64,000 nucleotides of DNA from the NCBI GenBank assembly GCA_950097015.1, contig CATNEN010000026.1, positions 868,001 through 932,000 of the forward strand, in the 5' to 3' direction. Below are positions 1-11,715 of the stretch, one piece after another; the first letter of the stretch is position 1, and each line of letters opens with the position of its first letter. The notes beneath the pieces were generated by a model. The model ran no database searches, was not told where the DNA came from, and saw only the letters and a program-made list of their open reading frames with translations. Origin of the DNA: Macrostomum hystrix (taxonomy: Eukaryota; Animalia; Platyhelminthes). The position numbers and the translations under genes are program-made.

Positions 1-920
1 AATATAAATTGGTAGGTCTTGCCATCTTGGTCATGACAAGACAGTTCAATTGAACAATTTGCAGGATTTGCTATGGTGTGTTTACATATTAAAAGCATGA
101 TAAAAGCGACCAGGTAGACTCTGAACTGGACCCAGTTAAAATAATTGACATAGTAACCATTGAAATAAATAGTTATATTATAATTTTGCTAACTCTACTT
201 GCAAAACCAACTCTTTTTGCTAGACTTAATGGCAAATTGTGCAAACTCCATAGTTTGTAGCATTAATTTTTTTAATTTGAACTGGCACTAAATCTGTTAT
301 TGCACAGTATAATTTTTTACTATTTAGGAGTTTAGGAGTTGGACACAACTAGGATACGCCTATTGTTTTATCTATATATATAAAAGTGAAAACTCTGTCT
401 GTCTGTGTGTGTGCAACCTTTTGTCTTTATAGACGCCGAAACCGCTCAACCAAATCGCACCAAACTTTGCACATACCTAAAACCACCTACGCTGAGTGCA
501 ATAGGCTACTCAAATTCCCGAAAAATCATTTCCTTCCTGCTCAAAAGTGCAAAAAACTGCTCAAAAATCGTCAAAAAATCACTCAATTCGACATATCGTC
601 GCCCCACTTTGTCAGATTTTCTCCAAATTTGATCCACTTACACTTTACATGTTTTCCAACAATGCTATCAATTTTGAACATCTCTACTCAATCCAGAGCA
701 AAGCTGCATCATCTCAAAGTGAGTCACTTTGTTTTCCGAGGACAGCCACCCCAACTCCCCTCCGCCACTCTGCGGGCCAAATTTTATTACAGCCACCCCC
801 TCCCTTCCCCGGGCGCCGAAGCCCCAGACTGTACATTGTATTTCAAGCCGTGAATGTACACAGCCCAAACCCTTAGACTGTCTACTGGCCCCCAAGCAGC
901 ACTGAGACTGAGTGCGGTGA

Positions 921-1622
921 GTGCGGTGGCGTCCCAGTGCGCAGGGCTCTCCGGTCGATATTTCTCTCCAGCCAGCCTGGGATAGAAGAAAGAGAGAGGC
1001 TGGCGTTGACTGGCTGTCAGAGAGGGCAATTCTGTGTCCTAGAAATGATGCCGCCAACGAAATTAACTACCAACTGCTTCAGGAGTTGCCAGGTGCAGTT
1101 TTCACCTACAAGTCAATTGATACAACGTTGACTGATGACACCGCTGTGGAGTATCCTGTTGAGTTTCTGAACTCTCTAGATCCTCCTGGAACTCCATCGC
1201 ACAACTTGCAGCTGAAAGTTGGGGCACCAATTATGCTCCTCCGCAACCTGAATGCGCCAAGGCTGTGTAACGGCACCAGACTGATAGTCAGGCGGCTCTT
1301 CCCACACGTGATTGAGGCCACGATAATGACTGGATCTGGCAGAGGAGAGTCTGTGTTCGTTCCCCGGATTCCAATTATCCCCACGGACCTGCCATTTCAG
1401 TTCAAGCGACTGCAGTTCCCTGTGAGAGTGTGCTTTGCGATGACTATTAACAAGGCTCAGGGACAGTCGCTGAAGGTGGCTGGCATCAACCTGGAGACTC
1501 CTTGCTTCTCGCATGGGCAGCTTTATGTCGCCTGCTCCCGTGTTGGAACTCCAGCTGGCCTATTCATTTTCGCACCAAGGGGAAGAACGAAGAATGTGCT
1601 GTATCCCCAGGCCTTGAGGTGA
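921..1622 (+). pseudogene. C-terminal fragment of a Helitron RepHel PIF1-like SF1B helicase
   Basis: Motifs AILCPRND, PVEFLNSL..PG.P.H.L.LKVGAPIMLLRNL, LCNGTRL, FPVRVCFAMTINKAQGQSL and FSHGQLYVACSRV. The Rep (HUH) domain and the N-terminal helicase motifs are missing. Confidence 0.9.
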
Positions 1623-1774
1623 CTCGCAAGCAATTAATAGAAAAGTAGTCACGAATTGACCTTGACCTGTCTAACTCTGAACTCTGAAACAGTTTAATTT
1701 TGTTTCTTTGACATTGTTATTGTTATGCCATGGCTATTTTCCTTATGTATACGCGTGTACATGCATACTGTAAA

Positions 1775-2629
1775 CAGAGGCAGATTTAGGGGGGGCGGGG
1801 GGGGCAGTCACCCCCCTAAATTTTAATCATGGGAATAAGATGCCCCCACCAGGGGCGCCAGTCGCAGCACTGGCGCCCCTTTTTCAGCCGCTGGCTCCCG
1901 TTTTTCAGCCGCTGGCGCCTTTTCTTGGCTCCTGGCGCCCTTTTTCAGCCGCTGGCACCCCCTCTGTGATTCTCTTACTTACTTACTTACTTTGCAGGGG
2001 GGCCTGGGGCACCTGACGCACAAACACAGGAACGGCATGCCCCCAGGCCGGCGAACTAGGCGAGAGCCGCCCATCGCGCCGCCTCCCCTGAGCAGGCACC
2101 TCACACACACAGCAGCAAGCCAAGCGGGGAAGGGGGCGGCAGCCGGAGTGCCTCTCACCCCAGGCCCGCACACGCACAGAGCAGACCAAGCCGGGGCGGA
2201 AGGCTGATAGAAATCAGTCCTCAGGGGGGGGCGGGTGATGAGTGTACACTTTATCCAATCGCGCTGACGGAAATCCAGATGAGCGCGCGGCGGTGTACAC
2301 CCGCCCCCCAGCCACCCCCCGCAAGGTCTAACGCCCCAGCGCCAACGCACATAACTCATACACGCAGAACAGGCACACAGAAAGGTAGGAGCGAAGCTAT
2401 TTTTCAAGCTTTGATTGCACGAACTATGGTGCACCTCCGCCGGTCGCTACTGTCCAAACCCCCCCAACAAGTACCGAAATTAATCGTGACCTGAAGGGTG
2501 AATCGAACTAGCGTCCTTTGGAGTGCGAGGCATCGACGTTAGCCGCTGACCCCTCTCGCCCCCCTCTGTGATTCTCATGGCGCTCCCCTGACAGACCGCC
2601 CCAAAACAAAATTCCTGGATCTGCCACTG
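1775..2629. mobile_element. hAT-like MITE nested in the Helitron
   Basis: Imperfect 16-bp TIRs: CAGAGGCAGATTTAGG versus the reverse complement of the right end, CAGTGGCAGATCCAGG. Flanked by a near-duplicated 8-mer, actgtaaa (1767-1774) and actgtata (2630-2637). Confidence 0.7.
1975..2559 (-). mobile_element. 5'-truncated non-LTR retroelement (or SINE) insertion inside the MITE
   Basis: Flanked by a 17-bp direct repeat ccccctctgtgattctc (1958-1974, 2560-2576), with a (TAAG)n tail on the minus strand. The uninterrupted empty site is visible in Helitron copy 2 at about 3534-3560. Confidence 0.65.
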
Positions 2630-2868
2630 ACTGTATAGAGGAGTGGCTAAGAGACATGTTTCTAAAGAAGTAATCAAGAGGGGGCTGTTTGGACAAACTT
2701 TTCACTTATTTTTTACTTAAAACGCCCTTAAACAAACTCTTCACTTTTCATTAATGCAGTAAATAAATAAATGGTGACCTTCACTATAAAGTTAATACAG
2801 AGACGTGAATTGCTTACTGCTTTGCTTTAAATTTCTGCCCCAAAAACAATGGGCAAAAAAAGCTAGTA

Positions 2869-3840
2869 TCTATATATATAAAAGTGAAAACTCTGTCTGT
2901 CTGTGTGTGTGCAACCTTTTGTCTTTATAGACGCCGAAACCGCTCAACCAAATCGCACCAAACTTTGCACATACCTAAAACCACCTACGCTGAGTGCAAT
3001 AGGCTACTCAAATTCCCGAAAAATCATATAACATATAACATATAACATAAATCCCGAAAAACATATAAACGCAACATATATAAGCACATTTTAGGCAGCT
3101 TGACGTCCGAAATTAGTTTTTTGTCTTGAAGAAAAATAAGCACAGAAACACTAAAGCACTAATAAATATATTTCAGACACTTAAACATTACAATGCATTA
3201 GAATAATCACAAAAAATAATATCAAATACATTATAACAATGTTACCAGATAAAATCACTGGTAACAAAAAATCTAATATATACTATGATATTTTTACTAA
3301 TAAGCGCACATACTACTGTCGTTTCAATTGAGAACGCAGGTCAACAGAAAAACACAGGTTAACACAGGTCCCCTGTCATTCGGACTACTTCTAACTTTCA
3401 GATGCCACCTAAGAAAAGTTTTTTAAGTCGCTTGACTAAAGCAGCTGGACAAGCATTTTCGGCCGCTGGCGCCTTTTTTTCAGCCGCTGGCTCCCGTTTT
3501 TCAGCCGCTGGCGCCCTTTTTCGGCCGCTGGCACCCCCTCTGTGATTCTCATGGCGCTCCCCTGACAGACTGCCCCAAAACAAAATTCCTGGATCTGCCA
3601 CTGACTGTATAGAGGAGTGGCTAAGAGACATGTTTCTAAAGAAGTAATCAAGAGGGGGCTGTTTGGACAAACTTTTCACTTATTTTTTACTTAAAACGCC
3701 CTTAAACAAACTCTTCACTTTTCATTAATGCAGTAAATAAATAAATGGTGACCTTCACTATAAAGTTAATACAGAGACGTGAATTGCTTACTGCTTTGCT
3801 TTAAATTTCTGCCCCAAAAACAACGGGCAAAAAAGGCTAG
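2869..3840 (+). mobile_element. Helitron, non-autonomous (copy 2, in tandem with copy 1)
   Basis: The first 159 bp match 371-529 and the last ~307 bp match 2560-2866. TC start, CTAG end at 3837-3840 followed by T, and a different internal segment. Confidence 0.88.
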
Positions 3841-5165
3841 TATATATTATATAGAAAATTTAAGCTTTCTTCAATTGTAGAATGTGTGAATTGTGTATAA
3901 GATGCAATCATGCAAATTTGGAGCCTCAAACTGGAACTGTGCAAGAACAGATTTGGCACCAATTAAAATAATAATAATTTAATGCCACAAATGAAGAGTT
4001 TGCAAAGTTTCTTTAATCCCTAGCTTGGCCCAGCCTATTGGCTATTAATTCTGTACATTTATTATTTAATCGGCCTAGGCTGTTAAATGATTTAATGGCC
4101 TAGGCCGATTAAACATATAGTCTATGGTCACAGTTGCTGTAGGCCTAAACAGTTTTAGGTTTGCAATCTCGTGAGCCAGGCCAAGCTTTAGGATTAAATA
4201 CTATAATATAGTATAATATGCTATACTTCTTTTTCTTATTTTAGTTTATTAACATTTTTTAAACAGTAAAATGTTTTCTTAGTAATATTATTATTTGACA
4301 AAGATTAAAGTCTTTCAACTTCAAAAATGAAATATAGTGAGTGGCAATCCTTAAGTTTCTCACATTTGATTGTTTTTACAAACACAAATAGCAAGGACTT
4401 TCTTAGCCACCATGAGTAAATATTTGAACTTGGGTAAGTTTTTTAACAAGGTCTATGGCCAAAACTAAAGAGAAACAAAAGGGCAGGTAGGAATGATAGT
4501 TTTGTTGGTCATGTATGGTTATATATATATATATAATTTTGAGTATATAACCCTACATAGAGATGGTCCAAAACTTTGATTAAGTGGTTGCAAAGCTATC
4601 TATGCCTGAATCAATTTTAGTTTGAATATATAAACAATTGGTATAAAATCCAACTCTGTTAGAGTGCAAAGCTTAAAATACATACATTTTATAACACTAC
4701 AACAGAAACTAGTGACAACTATATGATGTGAACAAGATGTGCATATTTGTATTCAATAGATCTATTAGATAGTTGAATTGATGTTTCAGTAGGTTCTTTG
4801 TTATTAAAGTTGCTTGCTTTGTGAGATTTACCTAAACAGAACTCAGTGGTAATACATGAGGTTTCCTGGATGTGGATGGGGCATGCTATAAAAATGACAC
4901 TTTTTAATTCAGTTCTATGCTTTTTGTAATATGTTTAACTTAAATAAGCAGAAATTTCTTGGAAAATCACACAAGAAAAAATGTAATCACAGAAAAACAA
5001 GTTACCGTGTTACTGTGAGTAGCCAGTTTCAGAAAGTGTAAGTTTTTATTTTGCCTAGTTTCATGCTTTAAATGGTCTCTCTATAGGCTAATAAAGATAT
5101 TATTCGGCTTCGGCTTAATATAAAAGATTAAATGATGGCACATTGTACATGAAATCTATTTGCAG

Positions 5166-6737
5166 CTTGCTGAACTAATGCGGCCATCCCTGCCAGAACT
5201 GCTGCATCAATGCGCTGATGGTCGCTACTGTCAATCAGCCAGCTTCCTGCGCTGCTCGCAGCGTCACCCGGCCCTGCTAGAAGCGCCTTTGCATCTGCTC
5301 ACAGCCGGCCGAATTGAATCTCTGACTGACGCTGTTGCTAAGCAACTCACATCAGACGATTGCGTCAGCGTTGGCAAAGATCCGAATGGAGCCACCGACC
5401 TAGTCGAACTACTGGTCTATATTCACCTGTTCTCACCGCGATCCTCAGCTCCTAGCACATCCGAGCTCGATCGGCTGGACTCTGAACTGCTTCGACTGCG
5501 TGCCGTCACCGACGCCGCTGTCAAAGCCGGCGCCGCTGTGGACTCTGTGACGGCTTTGCGCTACGCCATCAGAGAGTCTCTGCTTTATCTGGGCCTCAAC
5601 GGTCGACCCATGTGCAAACTCCAATGGCGATCCGATGCTCCGGCGGGCTCGCCTGACGACGAATCGGCGGCGGCGTCGCTAATAGCGGAACAGGAAGCCC
5701 GATTCCGACAGCTGCGCCGCGCCGCCAATGCGCCGGCAGCTGATCTGCAGCCGCATCAGGCGCGCTTCTGGGGCGACAGTGCCGACGAAGCCGATATCGA
5801 CAAAGAGAGCGCCGTGGAGCAGGAGTTCGATGGCGCGTCAGCTCCCGCGCCAATGTCGGCCAAGAAGATCATTCGCCTAGCTCGCCGACTCGGCAGACGC
5901 TCACCGCCAGCTGACGCGGCCGATCTAGCCGACTTTTGTCGCAGCTCGCTGCTGTTATTGTCGGCGCCTAGTCGGCAGCTTCGCTCCAGCCTAGCCGACG
6001 GCGAAATTAGCGCCGGTTGGCGACGCGTCTTGGATCGGAGCATCACCAGAGCCCTGCCTTTAATCCTGTCCGCTTCGAGTGCAGATTTGGCCCTTGAAGC
6101 CGAGCTGGCCTGCCTAGAGCTCTGGCGTCGCCTGCTAGATCGTCGGCGATGCCCGACGGACGGCTGGTTCGGCGTGCCGGCGCTTCAGTGCGCCCTACAG
6201 TGCCTGCTGTGCCTGCCTCCCTGGAGTTCGCAGACTTCAACAGCCGATTGGCAGGCCGTTAATCGCCTACCATTGATCTCGGCTGCGTCAAGATTTGTTG
6301 TGAAAGCTATCTCCAGATTTCGCGACTATTTGTACGCCTCACCGGCAGCCCCGCTAGCTGTGCTCAGCCGACTCATTGTGGCTTTTGTTGACCTGGTCGA
6401 CTGCGCGCCGACGCCTCCAGCCGAGGATCTGCGCAGATGCCTATCCGAGCTGAGTAAGGCTGCCCAAGCATTCTGCAGCGGTGAGCACAGAAAATTGTTG
6501 GCCAAAACTGCATGGCCCCTGCTGGCCGCCTATGCCAATAGACTCCACTTGGCTTCGGCCATAGACACTCGCTGGCGTCAGGAGCTGGACTCTGCCGTGG
6601 CCGCGCCATTCCTAGCCGTGACAGATCGGCACGCCCACGCACACCTGCGAGTCGGCTTGAAGCCAGGACCCAGGGAGATCCTGCGGAATTTGCATGCTAC
6701 CTACTTGAAGTACTATAAGTTTCACGGCGACGTTTAA
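5166..6737 (+). CDS. URB2: Terminal exon of a URB2/Npa2-like nucleolar pre-ribosomal protein (upstream exons not resolved)
   Basis: GC-rich 1.57-kb open frame after acceptor tttgcag (5165). The C-terminus HLRVGLKPGPREILRNLHATYLKYYKFHGDV resembles the conserved Urb2 end (L.PG.R.I...L...YLKY.K). Confidence 0.7.
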   Translation, partial: LAELMRPSLPELLHQCADGRYCQSASFLRCSQRHPALLEAPLHLLTAGRIESLTDAVAKQLTSDDCVSVGKDPNGATDLVELLVYIHLFSPRSSAPSTSELDRLDSELLRLRAVTDAAVKAGAAVDSVTALRYAIRESLLYLGLNGRPMCKLQWRSDAPAGSPDDESAAASLIAEQEARFRQLRRAANAPAADLQPHQARFWGDSADEADIDKESAVEQEFDGASAPAPMSAKKIIRLARRLGRRSPPADAADLADFCRSSLLLLSAPSRQLRSSLADGEISAGWRRVLDRSITRALPLILSASSADLALEAELACLELWRRLLDRRRCPTDGWFGVPALQCALQCLLCLPPWSSQTSTADWQAVNRLPLISAASRFVVKAISRFRDYLYASPAAPLAVLSRLIVAFVDLVDCAPTPPAEDLRRCLSELSKAAQAFCSGEHRKLLAKTAWPLLAAYANRLHLASAIDTRWRQELDSAVAAPFLAVTDRHAHAHLRVGLKPGPREILRNLHATYLKYYKFHGDV

Positions 6738-6744
6738 ATCCTTT

Positions 6745-7140
6745 TATCTCCTATTCCCCACCTTCCACATCCTGTTCCCCACCTTCCATATCCTATTCCG
6801 CACCTTTCATCTCCTATTCCCCACCTTCCATATCCTGTTCCCCACCTTTCATCTCCTATTCCCCACCTTTCATCTCCTATTCCCCAACTTTCATCTCGTA
6901 TTCCCCAACTTTTTCATCTCCTATTCCCCACCTTTCATCTCCTATTCCCCACCTTTCATCTCCTATTCCCCACCTTTCATCTCCTATTCCCCAACTTTCA
7001 TCTCCTATTCCCCAATTTTCATCTCCTATTCCCCAACTTTCATCTCCTATTTCCCACCTTTCATATCCTGTTCCCCACCTTTCATCTCCTATTCCCCACC
7101 TTCCATATTCTATTGTCCACCTTCCATATCCTTTTCCCTG
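6745..7140. repeat. Minisatellite, ~21-bp unit ctcctattccccacctttcat
   Basis: Tandem degenerate copies beginning just after the URB2-like stop codon. Confidence 0.9.
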
Positions 7141-7518
7141 TCTCCCATATTCTCTCAACTTAATACTAGGATATACTAATCGTCTACTCATAGTACTATG
7201 AAGTTAAAGCCGCTGTCAAGTTTTTGAAACTTGTTATTATTGACTGGACAATAATAATATACATCAAATTGATATAGTAATGTAAGCATTTTCCCGCTAA
7301 GCATTTTTTGCTGTTAATGAGGCTAAAATACAATATTTTATAAAATTGTGAAAATCTTGGTTTAAATTTTGGCTTGACTTTTTAACATTTGAAAAATACG
7401 CTAGTGAAATACTGCTTTAATTTGATTTTTTCAGTCTTCTTAATTGACTCGATTTTGAATTGCTAACCTTTTCTTATTTGCTTTCAGTGCAATTATATTA
7501 AAACTCTTGACATATAAC

Positions 7519-10500
7519 ATGCTGACCGAGGTGTCCAAGAATAAGTGCTTTGGCGGCTGGCAGATGGTCTATAGCCATGAAAGGTGAGTCTTTAAATGTC
7601 TGCTTTTCATCAGACATCCTCACACTAAGATATCCTATTAAAGGCAGTGCTAAGCTAGAAAATAGCTAAAAAATAGCTAAGCTAAAAATAGCAACTGACG
7701 TCAACGATTTGCCTTTACCGGAAAGCAAATTCTCAATGAGGCTAGTCACGTGAGTAGAATCACGTGATAGCGAAGGCCGAGCAGGCCCACGCACTAGAAA
7801 GTACGGGGCAGAGAATGTACAATCAAAGTACGCACGTAGCCCGGGTGCGGTCGAGGCAGAGAGGAAACAGATCGCGGCGGGCAGGCTAGTCACCTCAGGT
7901 TCCATCAAGATTCCATAAATCCCAAGTAAAAAATCTCTATTCTCCCCATTCTTAAAGACCCTGTAGATCTGTACATAAAAATCCCATAACTCCCCGCACT
8001 AAAATTGTTTATTAATCCCAAGTAAAACTTCCTGATAATCCCCACACTGAAAGATCCCATAAATCCCAAGTGAAACTTCCCGATAATCCCCACACTGAAA
8101 GATCCCAGTAAAATTTCCTGATAATCCCAACACTAAAAGATCCCATAAATCCCAAGTAAAATTTCCCGATAATCCCCACACTGAAAGATCCCATAAATCC
8201 CAAGTAAAATTTCCCGATAATCCCCACACTGAAAGATCCCATAAATCCCAAGTAAAATTTCCTGATAATCCCCACACTAAAAGATCCCATAAATCCCAAG
8301 TAAAATTTCCTGATAATCCCAACACTAAAAGATCCCATAAATCCCAAGTAAAATTTCCTGATAATCCCAACACTAAAAGATCCCATAAATCCCAAGTAAA
8401 ATTTCCTGATAATCCCAACACTAAAAGATCCCATAAATCCCAAGTAAAATTTCCTGATAATCCCAACACTAAAAGATCCCATAAATCCCAAGTAAAATTT
8501 CCCGATAATCCCCACACTGAAAGATCCCATAAATCCCAAGTAAAATTTCCCGATAATCCCCACACTGAAAGATCCCATAAATCCCAAGTAAAATTTCCTG
8601 ATAATCCCCACACTGAAAGATCCCATAAATCCCAAGTAAAATTTCCTGATAATCCCAACACTAAAAGATCCCATAAATCCCAAGTAAAATTTCCTGATAA
8701 TCCCAACACTAAAAGATCCCATAAATCCCAAGTGAAACTTCCTGATAATCCTCACACTAAAAGATCCCATAAATCCCAAGTAAAATTTCCTGATAATCCC
8801 AACACTAAAAGATCCCATAAATCCCAAGTGAAACTTCCCGATAATCCCCATACTAAAACATCCCATAAATCCCTAATAAAATTTCCTGATAATCCCCACA
8901 CTGATAGATCCCATTTATCCGCCCGCATCCAGCGCCGAGCTGGGCTGCAAGATGCGCTTCGCTGTCTACCTGCCGCCCCAGTGCGAGTCGGGTTCCAGGC
9001 CCGCCCTGTTCTTCCTATCCGGCTTGACCTGCACGGAGCAGAACTTCATTACAAAGGCCGGCGCTCAGCAATACGCTGCCAAGCACGGCCTGGTTGTGGT
9101 GGCGCCGGACACCAGCCCGCGCGGCGTCGGGGTGCCCGGAGAGGACGACAGCTACGACTTGGGCACCGGTGCTGGCTTCTACATCGATGCCACTAAGGAG
9201 CCTTGGGCCAAGAACTACCGCATGCACTCTTACATCACCAGGTGAGACACATTCCCAGCTTCCCTACTGTATTATCATCTTCCCATCTGCATTCCAAACT
9301 TCCATAACATTCCCAACTTCCAAAACACATTCTCACCTTCCATAACACATTCCCGCCTTCCATAACACATTCCCGCCTTCCATAACACATTCCCGCCTTC
9401 CATAACACATTCCCGCCTTCCATAACACGTTTCCGCCTTCCATAACACATTCCCGCCTTCCATAACACATTCTTACCTTCCATAACACATTCTCACCTTC
9501 CATAACACATTCCCGCCTTCCATAACACATTCTCACCTTCCATAACACGTTCCCGCCTTCCATAACACATTCCCGCCTTCCATAACACATTCTTACCTTC
9601 CATAACACATTCTCACCTTCGATAAAACATTCCCACCTTCCAAAACACATTCTCACCTTCCATAACACATTCCCGCCTTCCATAACACATTCCCGCCTTC
9701 CATAACACATTCTCACCTTCGATAAAACATTCCCACCTTCCAAAACACATTCCCAACTTCCATATCACATCCCCAGCTTCCATATCACATTCCCAGCTTC
9801 CATAACACATTCCCAACTTCCATTACACATTCCCAGCTTCCATATCACATTTCCAGCTTTCATGTCACATTCCCAGCTTCCATAAAACATTCCCAAACTT
9901 CCATAACACATTATCACCTTGCATAAAACATTCCCACCTTCCATAACACATTCCCAACTTCAATAACACATTCTCACCTTCCATAACAGATTCCCGCCTT
10001 CCATAACACATTCCCGCCTTCCATAACACATTCTCACCTTCCATAACACATTCCCGCCTTCCATAACACATTCTCACCTTCCCATCTGCGTTTCAACATT
10101 CCCATCTGTATTCCAGCTGTCCATACTGAATTTCCACATTCCCAACCGCATCCCACTGCACAGCGGATCCTTCACCTAAATTCCAGGGAGCTGCTGCAGC
10201 TGGTGCTGAAGAATCTGCCAGTCCGGGCGGACGCAGTTGGCATCACGGGTCACAGCATGGGCGGCCACGGAGCTCTGATCTGCGCGTTGCGCAATCCCGG
10301 CCTCTTCAAATCCGTGTCGGCCTTCTCGCCAATCTGCAATCCGTCCGACTGCCCGTGGGGCTTGAAGGCGTTCGGCGCCTACTTTGGCGGCGAGTCAGCC
10401 AGCGCCGACTGGGCGGCTCACGACGCCAGCAAACTGGCAGCCGACTACGCTGGGCCAGAGCTGCAGCTGCTCATCGACCAGGGCGAGGCCGACGAGTTTC

Positions 10501-10664
10501 TTGGCAAAGGCCAGCTGTTGCCGGAGCGTCTGGTTGAAGCATGCGCCAAGAATAGCCACCTGAAGGTGAATCTGCGAATGCAGAAGGACTACGATCACTC
10601 TTATTATTTCATTGCCAGCTTCATTGGCGACCACTTCGAGCATCACGCCAAGCTGCTGCTGTGA
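7519..10664 (+). CDS. ESD: S-formylglutathione hydrolase / esterase D; exons 7519-7583, 8933-9241, 10187-10664 (283 aa)
   Basis: Exons join in phase through GT-AG introns. NKCFGG N-terminus, [18 protein letters not shown], catalytic [28 protein letters not shown]; AATAAA at 10944. Confidence 0.95.
7905..8915. repeat. Minisatellite, 48-bp unit, in ESD intron 1
   Basis: Tandem gaaagatcccataaatcccaagtaaaatttcctgataatccccacact; accounts for the periodic 16-aa ORFs. Confidence 0.95.
9290..10080. repeat. Minisatellite, 20-bp unit, in ESD intron 2
   Basis: Tandem ccttccataacacattcccg and variants. Confidence 0.95.
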
Positions 10665-10677
10665 TCTGACGGCTTCA

Positions 10678-10885
10678 CTGACTCTCCGATCATTAGTGCC
10701 TGACTCTCCGATCATTAGTGTCTGACTCTCCGATCATTAGTGTCTGACTCTCCGATCATTAGTGCCTGACTCTCCGATCATTAGTGCCTGACTCTCCGAT
10801 CATTAGTGTCTGACTCTCCGATCATTAGTGTCTGACTCTCCGATCATTAGTGTCTGACTCTTAGATCGTTAGTGTCTGACTCTCC
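10678..10885. repeat. 22-bp tandem repeat in the ESD 3' UTR
   Basis: About 9 copies of gactctccgatcattagtgtct between the stop codon and the AATAAA. Confidence 0.9.
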
Positions 10886-11244
10886 TATTTCGAAGTCACC
10901 TGACGTTCTCATTCAATGTTAGCCTGTATGGTTTCACTACATTAATAAAATTTTCTTAGTTTTTTTTCTTTTTTAACGCAGCCCATTGCACATTTTCGTC
11001 AGCCTACCGTTTTGATAATAAAAACTCATAGTACGAGTGTAATCATTATATAAAATCCGGTGTTAGTTTATTAGCCTTTAAGTCAGTTTCCAGTGTTATC
11101 GCTTATCTTTTGATCTTTTTTTGACACCAAATATAATCGTGTGAGGACGCCTAAAACATTTATTCTGCCATCTAAGACTTTTCGTATTTAAAAAGTAAAA
11201 AATTTTATTTCTCGAGGGGGGACAGTGGAGAGTTTGAGCAAGGG

Positions 11245-11430
11245 AGAATGATAAAACAGGGAGAGATGATAAGGGAGAGTGATAAGGGAGAGTTATAAAC
11301 GGAGAGATGATAAGGGAGAGTTATAAAACAGGGAGAGATGATAAGGGAGAGTGATAAAACAGGGAGAGATGATAAGGGAGAGTTATAAACAGGGAGAGAT
11401 GATAAGGGAGAGTGATAAATAGGGAGAGAT
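11245..11430. repeat. Purine-rich tandem repeat (gggagagatgataag-type)
   Basis: Degenerate tandem copies. Confidence 0.8.
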
Positions 11431-11467
11431 GTGACCGGGTTTAGATGAGAAGGTGAAGATATGCGTT

Positions 11468-11715
11468 AGTAATAATAATTGCAGGAGGGCTGCGGGCAAT
11501 GGCACATCATTTGGTGACACTAGACCCGCAGCCAGTGAGGAGGCAATTCTGCCCATTCCGCTGACTCCTGAGCACACAAGCATATGCTCACACAGGTGTG
11601 TACATCCGCCCTGACTTTCTCATCGTCAGGCAGTGTACACTCTCACTGTGCCCTGGAGGTTGTCCCTCAAGGGCGTATATTGCACGACAAGCCCCCAAGC
11701 CTTCTCTCCGCGGCT
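11468..11715 (-). mobile_element. 5'-truncated copy of tRNA-derived SINE family B
   Basis: Homologous to 45120-45445 (+) and 52660-52990 (-); (ATT)n tail on the minus strand. Confidence 0.75.

Larger units (their letters stand above)
371..2866 (+). mobile_element. Helitron, non-autonomous deletion derivative (copy 1)
   Basis: Starts with TC (tctatatatataaaag) at 371 right after an A and ends with CTAG at 2863-2866 followed by T. A weak tgccc/gggca hairpin lies about 10 bp before the end, there is no TSD, and it contains a Helitron-type helicase fragment. Both termini recur in copy 2. Confidence 0.88.

Noticed and set aside
921-1622. Host PIF1 helicase gene
   Set aside because: It lies within Helitron termini, is N-terminally truncated and has Helitron-type motifs.
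7999-8866. Long periodic ORFs on both strands (also 12513-13389, 15208-16041, 17954-18918, 26799-27971, 32029-33475, 33910-35209, 35854-37576, 38324-38929, 40058-41149, 47367-48092, 49604-51228, 53173-53853, 57731-58675, 61618-62178, 63036-63889)
   Set aside because: They are translations of minisatellites, open in several frames or strands at once and located inside introns or intergenic DNA, with no splice or start context.
7519-10664. Bacterial frmB/fghA contamination or horizontal transfer
   Set aside because: It has two spliceosomal introns and the sequence is of the eukaryotic ESD type.
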